Positions 56,297 through 64,000 of a stretch of DNA of 64,000 nt are shown piece after piece. The translations under genes were made by a program, and so were the position numbers. This stretch comes from Methanobacteriota archaeon (lineage in GTDB: Archaea; Thermoplasmatota; E2; JACPAO01; JAHWKR01), in assembly GCA_019347805.1 (NCBI GenBank), contig JAHWKR010000010.1, forward strand, positions 3,364-67,363. Direction: 5' to 3'. The notes below the pieces were generated by a model. That model saw nothing but the letters and a program-made list of their open reading frames with translations. It was not told the DNA's origin and made no database searches. Numbering within the stretch: position 1 is the first letter of the stretch; each line of letters begins with the position of its first letter.

Positions 56297-57402
56297 CGAT
56301 GAGCTTCGGGACGCTCTATCGGGTCTCCATCTTCGGTGAGTCCCATGGCCATGCCATCGGCGCGGTCGCCCACGGGGTGCCGGCCGGGACGCCGTTGGAC
56401 CTCAAGGCGGTCCAGTACCAGCTCGACCGCCGCCGGCCAGGCCAGTCGATGTTGACGACCCAGCGCAAGGAGACCGACACGGTGACCTTCCTCTCCGGGG
56501 TGCTCGACGGCCACGCGACGGGCGCACCGATCGGCATGACCATCCCGAACGCGGACACGGATTCGTCCAAGTACGACCGCATCCGGCACGTGCCGCGGCC
56601 CGGCCATTCCGACTATCCCGCCCACGTCAAGTACCGGGGCCACAACGATGTGCGCGGCGGCGGTCATTTCTCGGGTCGCCTGACCGCACCGCTCACCGCG
56701 GCCGGCGCATTGGCGCGCCAGACGTTGCAGCATCTGTCGGGTGGCGCGGTGCGTCCGTTCGCCGCGGCCACCTCCATCGGTGGTGTGAAGGCGCGCTTCG
56801 ACCCGGACACGGCCGACCTCGCCACGATCGCGGCACGCATCGATGACCATCCGACCCGCTGTCCGGACCCGGATGCGGCGGACGAGATGGCGGCGGTCGT
56901 GGAAGCGGCGCGGCGCGACCAGGATTCGGTCGGCGGGGTCGTCACCTGTGTGGTCGATGGCCTGCCGGTCGGCCTTGGGGAGCCGTTCTTCGATTCCGTG
57001 GAGTCGGTGGTGGCGCATCTCATGTTCGCGATCCCTGCGGTGAAAGGCGTCGAGTTCGGTTCCGGGTTCGCGCTCTCGCGCCTGCATGGTTCCGAGGCCA
57101 ACGACACCTACACATATGAGGACGGCAAGGTGGTGACGCGTTCGAACCATGCGGGCGGGGCGTTGGGTGGCCTCACCGATGGCGCCCGACTCGTCTTCCG
57201 CGTCGCCGTCAAGCCCGCCTCGAGCATCGCCAAGGAGCAGGAGACCGTGGATCTTTCCAGCCGTGAAGGGACGACCTTGCGCGTCACCGGCCGTCATGAC
57301 CCGTGCATCGTGCCGCGCGCCGTGCCGGTCATCGAGAACGTCGTCTGCATCGGGCTCCTGGACCTCTGGTCGCGCGCCCGTGCGGGGGGTCTCGATGTCT
57401 GA
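56293..57402 (+). CDS. aroC: chorismate synthase
   Basis: MSFGTLYRVSIFGESHGHAIG N-terminus plus GGRSSAR-like and flavin-binding regions. ATGA overlap with aroA. Confidence 0.92.
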   Translation: MTMSFGTLYRVSIFGESHGHAIGAVAHGVPAGTPLDLKAVQYQLDRRRPGQSMLTTQRKETDTVTFLSGVLDGHATGAPIGMTIPNADTDSSKYDRIRHVPRPGHSDYPAHVKYRGHNDVRGGGHFSGRLTAPLTAAGALARQTLQHLSGGAVRPFAAATSIGGVKARFDPDTADLATIAARIDDHPTRCPDPDAADEMAAVVEAARRDQDSVGGVVTCVVDGLPVGLGEPFFDSVESVVAHLMFAIPAVKGVEFGSGFALSRLHGSEANDTYTYEDGKVVTRSNHAGGALGGLTDGARLVFRVAVKPASSIAKEQETVDLSSREGTTLRVTGRHDPCIVPRAVPVIENVVCIGLLDLWSRARAGGLDV

Positions 57403-58570
57403 GGAGGCGCCGAAGAAGCGGGCGCTCCTCACCGCGGGCGAAGGCACCGCGCGCACGTTGGACGGCATGCGCAAGGAGATGCGCGATGTCGACCGGCGCA
57501 TCATCGAACTGGTGGCGGAGCGCATCCGGTTGGCGCAGACCATCGGAGACGAGAAGCGCAAGCGCGAACTGCCCATCCAGGATTTTTCGGTCGAGAAACA
57601 GGTCGTCGACGCGGCGCGGGCCTCGTGCCGCGAACTCGGCATCGACGAGGACGTCGGCGAGGAGGTCATGCTGCCGCTCATCAAGAACGCGGTGCGGGCG
57701 CAGGAGCGCGACCGTGTCGGGCGCAACCGTCTCGCGGGCGGTGGCAAGAAGGTGCTGGTGGTCGGCGGGGCGGGGCTCATGGGCCGCTGGTTCGCCGCGT
57801 TCCTCACCAGCCAGGGCCACATGGTGACGGTGTGCGACCCGGCCGGCCCGGTCACGGGCTTCGCGCATGTCACCGAGGTGGAGGACGCGGCGCAGACGGC
57901 GGACGTCGTCATCATCGCCACGCCGCCGTCGGTGACGTCGCCCATCCTCGACGATTTGGGCACATCGGGGACCGATGCGGTGGTCTTCGACATCTGTTCA
58001 TTGAAGACGCCCATCAAGGGTGCGCTCGAGGCGCTCCGGGCGCGTGGCGTCGACGTGGCCTCGATCCATCCCATGTTCGGCCCGGGGGTCGACCTCCTGT
58101 CGGGCCGCCACATCATCCTTTGCCCGCTCGGGAGCCGCCGCGCGGACGACATGGTGCGCTCGTTCTTCCGCGACACCTGCGCCACCATCGTCGAGATGAG
58201 CCTCGACGACCACGACCAGCTGGTCTCCTATGTGCTCGGTCTGTCCCACGCGGTCAACATCCTCTTCAACGACGTCTTGGCGCGTTCGGGCCGCAGGCTC
58301 GACGCCATCCGTTCAGTCGCGTCGACGACGTTCGACCGTCAATTGGCGGTGGCGCGTCAGCTCGCCATGGAGAACCCGGACCTCTACTATGAGATCCAGG
58401 CATTGAACGCCTACACACCCCAGGTCTTGGACAGCCTGGATGCGTCCATGGCGATGTTCGCCCGCACGGTGGTGCAGCGCGACCGCAAGGGGTTCGTCAA
58501 GCTCATGGAGCGCGCAGCGGACTATTATGCCGGCCGTGACCCGCTCGGGAAGAAGGAGGGCTCGTCGTGA
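57395..58570 (+). CDS. tyrA: bifunctional chorismate mutase / prephenate dehydrogenase
   Basis: N-terminal AroQ-type CM helix (LDGMRKEMRDVDRRIIELVAERIRLAQTIG). Followed by Rossmann KVLVVGGAGLMGRWFA and a prephenate dehydrogenase domain. Overlaps the aroC stop by 8 nt. Confidence 0.85.
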   Translation: MSEEAPKKRALLTAGEGTARTLDGMRKEMRDVDRRIIELVAERIRLAQTIGDEKRKRELPIQDFSVEKQVVDAARASCRELGIDEDVGEEVMLPLIKNAVRAQERDRVGRNRLAGGGKKVLVVGGAGLMGRWFAAFLTSQGHMVTVCDPAGPVTGFAHVTEVEDAAQTADVVIIATPPSVTSPILDDLGTSGTDAVVFDICSLKTPIKGALEALRARGVDVASIHPMFGPGVDLLSGRHIILCPLGSRRADDMVRSFFRDTCATIVEMSLDDHDQLVSYVLGLSHAVNILFNDVLARSGRRLDAIRSVASTTFDRQLAVARQLAMENPDLYYEIQALNAYTPQVLDSLDASMAMFARTVVQRDRKGFVKLMERAADYYAGRDPLGKKEGSS

Positions 58571-59997
58571 AGGTGATGAAGTTCGGCGGCTCCTCCGTCG
58601 CCTCGGGCCGGCTCATGCGGCAGGTCGCGGGCATCGTCGAGGCACACGCCACCGCGCGGCCGCTTGTGGTGACCAGCGCCATGCAGGGGGTGACGGATGC
58701 CATCGAGGCGCATCTTCGCACCTCACCGCACGACGAGGCGGGCATCCCGGTCCTGGTGGACGCGGTCACCGAGAAGCACAAGACGGCGGCGCGGGAGGGC
58801 GTGCGCGACCCGCACCTGCAGGGTGGGGCGGTCTATCAGGTCAACAAGATCATGGAACGCCTGGAGCGCTTGCTCTATGGCATCGCTTACATCGAGGAGC
58901 TCACGCCGAAGGCACGCGATTTCGCGGTCTCGTTCGGCGAGCGCCTCGCGGCGCCCATCCTCTCGGCGACCATCGCGGACCGCGGCATCGATTCGCGGGC
59001 GTTCGACGCCGAGCAGGTCGGCATCCTCACCGATGGCTCCTACGGCAACGCGACACCGCGTCTTCCCGATATCGAAAGGCGCTTCCAGGAAGTGCTCGCG
59101 CCCTACATCGGCGAGGGCGGTGTGCCGGTGGTGACCGGTTTCTACGGCGTCGACGCGCAGGGCCATCCCACCATCTTCGGCCGTGGTGGTTCCGATTATG
59201 TCGCCGCCATCCTCGCCTATGCGGGCGATGCGGAGGGGCTCGAGATCTGGAAAGACGTCCCCGGGTTCATGACCACGGACCCGAACATCGTCCCCGAGGC
59301 GCATCCACTTCGCGAGATGAGCTACGACGAGGCGGCGGAGCTCGCCAATTTCGGTGCCAAGGTGCTGCATCCGCGCACCGTCGAACCGGTGGCGCTGAAG
59401 GGCATCCCGATCCGGGTCCTGAACACGATGGAGCCAGAAGCGCCGGGGACGCTCATCCATCACATCGAGCGCGTGGAGAAGGTCATGATGCGGGCGGTCG
59501 CGGCGCGCGGCGCGCTCGCCATCGTCAAGCTCATCGGCCCCGGCATGGCCTACACGAAGGGCATCGGTGAGCGGGTCTTCACGATCCTCAACCGGGCGCG
59601 GGTCAATGTCATCAACATGGCCGCGTCGCAGGCCTCCTTCGCGCTCCTCATCGACGCCGCCGACCTCGACCGTGCCATGGCGGCCTTGGAAGAGGTGAAG
59701 GGCGGCGTCATCCAGGACACGCAGGCGCTCCGCGACATGGCGCTCCTCTGCGTGGTCGGCAAGGGCCTGTCGGAGACGCCGGGGTCGGCGGCGAAGATCC
59801 TCTCGGTCATCTCCGACGTCGACGTCAACATCGAGATGATCAGCCTGGGCGCGTCGGACATCGCCATCGACGTCATCGTCCATGCGGCCGACCGCGACAA
59901 GGCGGTCAAGGCGGTGCATGACGCGTTCCTGAAGGGCACGACAGAGAAGGTGGCGCGGGGCGCGGCGGCGTCCGTCCCTGGACGACAAACCTCATAA
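58567..59997 (+). CDS. aspartate kinase with tandem ACT domains
   Basis: KFGGSSVA, VVTSAMQGVTD and GRGGSDY motifs. GTGA overlap with tyrA. Confidence 0.92.
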   Translation: MKVMKFGGSSVASGRLMRQVAGIVEAHATARPLVVTSAMQGVTDAIEAHLRTSPHDEAGIPVLVDAVTEKHKTAAREGVRDPHLQGGAVYQVNKIMERLERLLYGIAYIEELTPKARDFAVSFGERLAAPILSATIADRGIDSRAFDAEQVGILTDGSYGNATPRLPDIERRFQEVLAPYIGEGGVPVVTGFYGVDAQGHPTIFGRGGSDYVAAILAYAGDAEGLEIWKDVPGFMTTDPNIVPEAHPLREMSYDEAAELANFGAKVLHPRTVEPVALKGIPIRVLNTMEPEAPGTLIHHIERVEKVMMRAVAARGALAIVKLIGPGMAYTKGIGERVFTILNRARVNVINMAASQASFALLIDAADLDRAMAALEEVKGGVIQDTQALRDMALLCVVGKGLSETPGSAAKILSVISDVDVNIEMISLGASDIAIDVIVHAADRDKAVKAVHDAFLKGTTEKVARGAAASVPGRQTS

Positions 59998-60057
59998 CCC
60001 TCCATCGGGGAGCGGGGGACCGGCCGCTTCGACAGTTTCAAAGGGGTCGGCCTACAG

Positions 60058-61104
60058 GTGACACCCGTGGACCCCATCCGTGCAGCGGTCGTCGGTGCGA
60101 CCGGGACCGTCGGCCAGCGTTTCATCCAGTTGCTCTCGGACCATCCGTGGTTCGAGGTGACCGATCTTGCCGCTTCCGAGCGGAGCGCGGGGAAGACGTA
60201 CGCGGAGGCGACGCAGTGGGCCATCGACGCCCCGATGCCGGACGGGGTCGGTGCCATGACGGTCAAGGACGCCGGGGCTGACCCGGATGCGGACGTGGTC
60301 TTCTCGGCCATCCCGGGCGGTCTCGCCGGTCCCATGGAGCGCGATTATGCGGCGCGTGGCCTGAAGGTCTTCTCGAACGCGCGCGACAACCGCCGCGCCG
60401 ATGGCATCCCGCTCGTCATCACCGAGGTCAATCCGGAGCATTTCGACATGCTCGAGGAGCGCAAGACGGACGGTTACGTGGTCACGAACGGCAATTGTTC
60501 CGGCATCGTGGCGACGCTGCCGATGCATCCGCTCCATGAGGCGTTCGGTATCGAGGCGGCCCACGTGGTGACGATGCAGGCGCTTTCCGGCGCCGGTTGG
60601 CCGGGGGTGCCGTCGATGCAGATCACGGACAACCTGGTGCCTTTCATCGGTGGTGAGGAGGACAAGGTGGAGACCGAACCGTTGCATGTGCTGGGTCGCT
60701 ATTCCGGGAACGGCAAGGTGACGCCGGCGGCCTTCAGGATCAGTGCCACCTGCACGCGCGTGCCGGTCTTGGAGGGCCACTCGATGGCGCTCCATCTCAA
60801 GCTCAAGGGGTCACCGTCAACGGACGATGTCGTCAAGACGCTCTCCGCCTATCGCGGCAAGACGGCGGGGTTGGGGTTGCCGTCGGCGCCCGAACGCCCG
60901 GTGGTCTACACCGATATGGCGGACCGGCCGCAGCCGCGGCGTGACCGCGACGCGGGGAAGGGGATGAGCGTCACGGTGGGTCGGGTCCGGGCGGACCCGC
61001 TCATGACGGTGAAATGTTTCGTCTCCGGTTCGAACACGATCCGCGGGGCCGCGGGCCAGTCGGTGCTGAATGCGGAGTACCTCATCAAGAAGGGGCTTCT
61101 CTAG
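60058..61104 (+). CDS. asd: aspartate-semialdehyde dehydrogenase
   Basis: AVVGATGTVGQRF Rossmann. Active-site NCSGIV. Archaeal-type length of 348 aa. Confidence 0.9.
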   Translation: MTPVDPIRAAVVGATGTVGQRFIQLLSDHPWFEVTDLAASERSAGKTYAEATQWAIDAPMPDGVGAMTVKDAGADPDADVVFSAIPGGLAGPMERDYAARGLKVFSNARDNRRADGIPLVITEVNPEHFDMLEERKTDGYVVTNGNCSGIVATLPMHPLHEAFGIEAAHVVTMQALSGAGWPGVPSMQITDNLVPFIGGEEDKVETEPLHVLGRYSGNGKVTPAAFRISATCTRVPVLEGHSMALHLKLKGSPSTDDVVKTLSAYRGKTAGLGLPSAPERPVVYTDMADRPQPRRDRDAGKGMSVTVGRVRADPLMTVKCFVSGSNTIRGAAGQSVLNAEYLIKKGLL

Positions 61105-61135
61105 GCGCGACCGGTCGGTCGACCGCCCTCAGCAC

Positions 61136-61351
61136 CTAGTCCCGTGGCCGGATGAACGGCTGCAGGCCGTGGTCGTCCAGTTCCTGGATGGTCGGGGGGA
61201 CCGCTTTGGCCTCCTCGAGGAAGGCCCATTCTTCGAGTCCGGCGAGCTGGGCGGCCTCTTCGACGTCGGCGCGGCCGCGTCTGTAGAGCATCAAGGCACG
61301 GTCGAGGGCGGTGATCCTGTTCGGGTCATCGACCCGATGGGTGTGTGCCAT
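61136..61351 (-). CDS. UPF0175-family small protein (putative antitoxin-like HTH)
   Basis: 71 aa. RALMLYRRGRADVEEAAQLAGLEEWAFLEEAKAVPP fits the UPF0175 pattern (LY..G..s...AA.LAG.....F...l...g.P). Confidence 0.5.
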   Translation of the reverse strand: MAHTHRVDDPNRITALDRALMLYRRGRADVEEAAQLAGLEEWAFLEEAKAVPPTIQELDDHGLQPFIRPRD

Positions 61352-61498
61352 ATTGGCATAGTAGCGGGAAGGGGGTCTTGAACGTTACGCACCTGGGGGG
61401 TGACGGTTCCGTGCTGGACACACGGTATCTTATGAGGAATCGGCTTATCCTGGTCGGTTCTTCGGGTGGGAGCCGCCCCTTTCATGCCCGTCCTGAGC

Positions 61499-62713
61499 TC
61501 AGGTCGACGAGCCCATCCCTTCGCGCGACACCGGCCGCCACACCCCTTCCCGGTCGCGGGAGCGGCCATGGTGCCGGGTGGCGGTCCCATGGTCTGCGGG
61601 GATGGCGGGCATGGTGACGGCGAAGCAGGCGCCGCCGAGAGGGCTCTTTCCGACCGTGATGTCGAAGCCGTGGCGCTCGGCGATGCGGCGGACGATGCTG
61701 AGGCCGACGCCGTGGCCTTCGCTCCCTTCAGCGGCGGCTCCGGCGCGTTCGAAGAGACGGAAGATGCGTTCCCGGTCACGCGGGTCGACACCGGGGCCGT
61801 CGTCGTGGACCTCCAGGCGGACCTGACCGTCGGCCGCACCGCTGAGGTGGATCTCCACGGTGCCGCCTTCGGGTGCGAACTTGACGGCGTTCTGGACAAG
61901 GTTGGCGACGAGGTGGGGGAACATGTTGAGATCGACGAGGACGGTGGCTCCGGTGAGCGAGACCACCTTGACGTGGACGTCCCGTTGCCGCCAGCGCGCC
62001 TCTTCGTCATCGAGGACATGCCGGATGACCTCGTCGGGGTCGACCGGCCGCAGGAGGACGAGGTCGGTGTCGGCGCGGGCGAAGAGGAGGATCTCCTTGA
62101 TGAAATCGTCCGCCGTGTGGACGGCGTGTCGGATGCGGTCGACCACAGCGAGCACCTTGTCGCGGTCGGGATGGTCTTCGGCGAGGGAGCGGAGTTCGTG
62201 CGTCGACCAATCGATGCTGATGAGCGGGCTCTTGAGGTCGTGGGTGAGGCCGTAGGTGAACGCGCGGACGTCCTCGGTGCGGCGCTCGAGCCGTTCCCCG
62301 AGGCGGTGGCGTTCGATGGTCTGGAGAAGGATGCGGGCGACGTCGGTGATGTCCGAGCCCTTTCTTACGTAATCGACCGCGCCTTGTTCGATGGCCTGCA
62401 GGTTCGTCTCGAGTTCGGCGTTCCCGGTCATGACGACGAGCGGGATGTGCGGGGCGGCCTCCACGATGGCCGGGACCGCGGCGAGACCGGAGGCGTCGGG
62501 GAGGCCCAGGTCGGAGACGATGATATCGAACGGGTGGTCATCGAGCGCCGACAGACCCTCTTTCAGCGACTTGGCGTGGTGGACGTGGAAGCGGCCGACG
62601 GGTGCGAGGCCCAGCGCCTCCATGAAGAGGCGGGCGTGGACCATGCTGTCCTCGATGAGAAGGACATGACGCTCTTCGGCGCCGGAAGGAGGCGGGCCGA
62701 AAGGCTCCACCAT
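61499..62713 (-). CDS. hybrid sensor histidine kinase (N-terminal receiver, HisKA, HATPase_c)
   Basis: REC region VLLIEDS...DIIVSDLGLPD...PLVVMTG. H-box LTHDLKSP. N, G1 and G2 boxes (NAVKF, DDGPGV, GHGVGLS). Confidence 0.85.
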   Translation of the reverse strand: MVEPFGPPPSGAEERHVLLIEDSMVHARLFMEALGLAPVGRFHVHHAKSLKEGLSALDDHPFDIIVSDLGLPDASGLAAVPAIVEAAPHIPLVVMTGNAELETNLQAIEQGAVDYVRKGSDITDVARILLQTIERHRLGERLERRTEDVRAFTYGLTHDLKSPLISIDWSTHELRSLAEDHPDRDKVLAVVDRIRHAVHTADDFIKEILLFARADTDLVLLRPVDPDEVIRHVLDDEEARWRQRDVHVKVVSLTGATVLVDLNMFPHLVANLVQNAVKFAPEGGTVEIHLSGAADGQVRLEVHDDGPGVDPRDRERIFRLFERAGAAAEGSEGHGVGLSIVRRIAERHGFDITVGKSPLGGACFAVTMPAIPADHGTATRHHGRSRDREGVWRPVSREGMGSST

Positions 62714-63036
62714 GTGCCGCAGGAAGGCGTGGGGTCGGATAAAGCTGTCCGAGGCGCAAACTGATGCTTGCCGGTCCCGATTTTTGGCCTTGGCCTCTCT
62801 TCAAGGGCCACGGTGCCTCCTTAGCGTCGGGCGAATCCGCCTCCATGTCAGAGGTGGCCTGCGTCGCGAGTCGGGCCAAGGCTAGGGCGGAGAGGATGGG
62901 ATCAGCGAACGTGACGAAGGGTCGCGGGGTGCAACGTTTTCGCCCCTCTCTCGCCACCGGCCCTGCATCTTCTGTCGGCCCCCATCAACCTCTTATAGAA
63001 GCCCTAACTTAGGCCGCACCCGCCGGAGCCCCCACC

Positions 63037-64000
63037 GTGCCTGAGAAGCGTGACTACTACGAGGTCCTGGATGTCCCGAAGGACGCGGACGAGCGGACGC
63101 TGAAGAAGGCCTACCGCAAGCTCGCGCTCAAGTTCCATCCGGACAAGAACCCGGACCCGGAGGCGTCGGACCGTTTCAAGGAGGTCTCGGAGGCCTATGC
63201 CATCCTGTCGGACCCGGAGAAACGGCAGCGCTACGACCGCTTCGGGCATGCCGGCATCGACCAGCGCTACACCCAGGAGGACATCTTCCGGGGCGCCGAT
63301 TTCTCGGAGATCTTCGGCGAGTTCGGCGGTCTCGGTGACATCTTCAGCCGGGTCTTCGGCGGGATGGGCGGCGGCTTCGGTGGCCCCCGCAGAGGCCCCC
63401 GTCAGGGGCGTCACATCGAGCACCCCATCACGTTGACCCTGGAGGAGGCGGCGAAGGGGCTCCGCACCGAGGTGGAGTTGCGCCGGCTCGAGCCGTGCGA
63501 CGCCTGTACGGGCACGGGTTCCTCGACCGGGAAGACGCACAAGTGCGCCACCTGCGGCGGCCAGGGCCAGGTGGCCCAGGTCTCCCGGACGCCGTTCGGG
63601 ATGATGCAGCGGGTCGGTGTCTGCCCCGCCTGTCAGGGCGAGGGGGAGACCGCGTCCGACCCGTGCAAGTCATGCCGGGGTGACGGACGTACCGCGAAGA
63701 CGCGGCGGCTCGAGATCCGGGTCCCCCAGGGGGTCGACGACGGCATGCATCTGCGGATCGCCGGCGAAGGCGAGCATGGCCCGAAAGGCGGCCCGCCGGG
63801 CGATCTCATCCTGTCGGTGCGCATCAAGCCGCATCCGCGCTTCGAGCGCCGCGGCGACGACCTCTTCGCCGACCTGCCGGTCTCGTTCCCGCGTGCCGCG
63901 CTCGGTGGTCCCATCGAGGTGCCGACCCTGGACGGCGCGGAGACCGTGAAGGTCCCGCCCGGTACCCGCGGCGGCACAAGGTTGCGCGTCACCGGCGAGG
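63037..64000 (+). CDS. dnaJ: chaperone DnaJ, partial at the 3' end; the gene runs off the window
   Basis: J-domain YYEVLDV...[18 protein letters not shown] region. Four CxxCxGxG zinc-finger repeats ([32 protein letters not shown]). GTG start at 63037. TTATAGAA box about 40 nt upstream. Absent from the ORF track because no stop codon falls in the window. Confidence 0.85.
   Translation, partial: MPEKRDYYEVLDVPKDADERTLKKAYRKLALKFHPDKNPDPEASDRFKEVSEAYAILSDPEKRQRYDRFGHAGIDQRYTQEDIFRGADFSEIFGEFGGLGDIFSRVFGGMGGGFGGPRRGPRQGRHIEHPITLTLEEAAKGLRTEVELRRLEPCDACTGTGSSTGKTHKCATCGGQGQVAQVSRTPFGMMQRVGVCPACQGEGETASDPCKSCRGDGRTAKTRRLEIRVPQGVDDGMHLRIAGEGEHGPKGGPPGDLILSVRIKPHPRFERRGDDLFADLPVSFPRAALGGPIEVPTLDGAETVKVPPGTRGGTRLRVTGE

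Noticed and set aside
63004-63992. Minus-strand ORFs 63004..63540 and 63633..63992
   Set aside because: Antisense to dnaJ, whose J-domain HPD motif and four CxxCxGxG repeats are unambiguous in the plus frame starting at 63037.

Overview
This is a high-GC (~68%) chromosomal window that looks archaeal. It carries an archaeal-type shikimate pathway (ADH synthase, DHQ synthase II, GHMP-type shikimate kinase), a geranylgeranyl-reductase-family gene, family-B DNA polymerases, tRNA genes without encoded CCA, and TATA-like boxes close to start codons. About 65 genes are called. Most strong ORFs in the six-frame track are antisense or low-complexity artefacts of the GC content and are rejected.

Recognisable housekeeping content includes:
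- purA, an FKBP peptidyl-prolyl isomerase, AlaX, tRNA-Val and tRNA-Gln
- succinate dehydrogenase sdhCAB, thymidylate kinase, prephenate dehydratase
- an active family-B replicative DNA polymerase
- hutI/hutG, gpsA, an ABC-2 transporter
- a 10-gene translationally coupled aromatic amino acid, aspartokinase and asd operon
- a hybrid histidine kinase and dnaJ (partial at the 3' end)

The most unusual locus is a three-gene translationally coupled cassette at 13806-17325:
- a protein with a RecA/KaiC-like layout but a P-loop that has lost the conserved Lys
- a small helical protein
- a family-B polymerase paralog whose Exo II motif (FDF to FLF) and motif C (YGDTDS to HGIVDS) are degenerate

Other notable observations:
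- a membrane Hanks-type Ser/Thr kinase convergent with an ArsR-HTH+FHA regulator
- tandem arrays that repeat the 3' ends of both tRNA genes
- three tandem paralogs of a secreted Cys-rich protein family
- ~130-bp hairpin-containing intergenic tandem repeats
- a DUF58-centred four-gene operon joined by ATGA overlaps
- an AroD-AroE fusion and an EPSP synthase with an internal insertion
- a bacterial-type G3P dehydrogenase gene in this archaeal context
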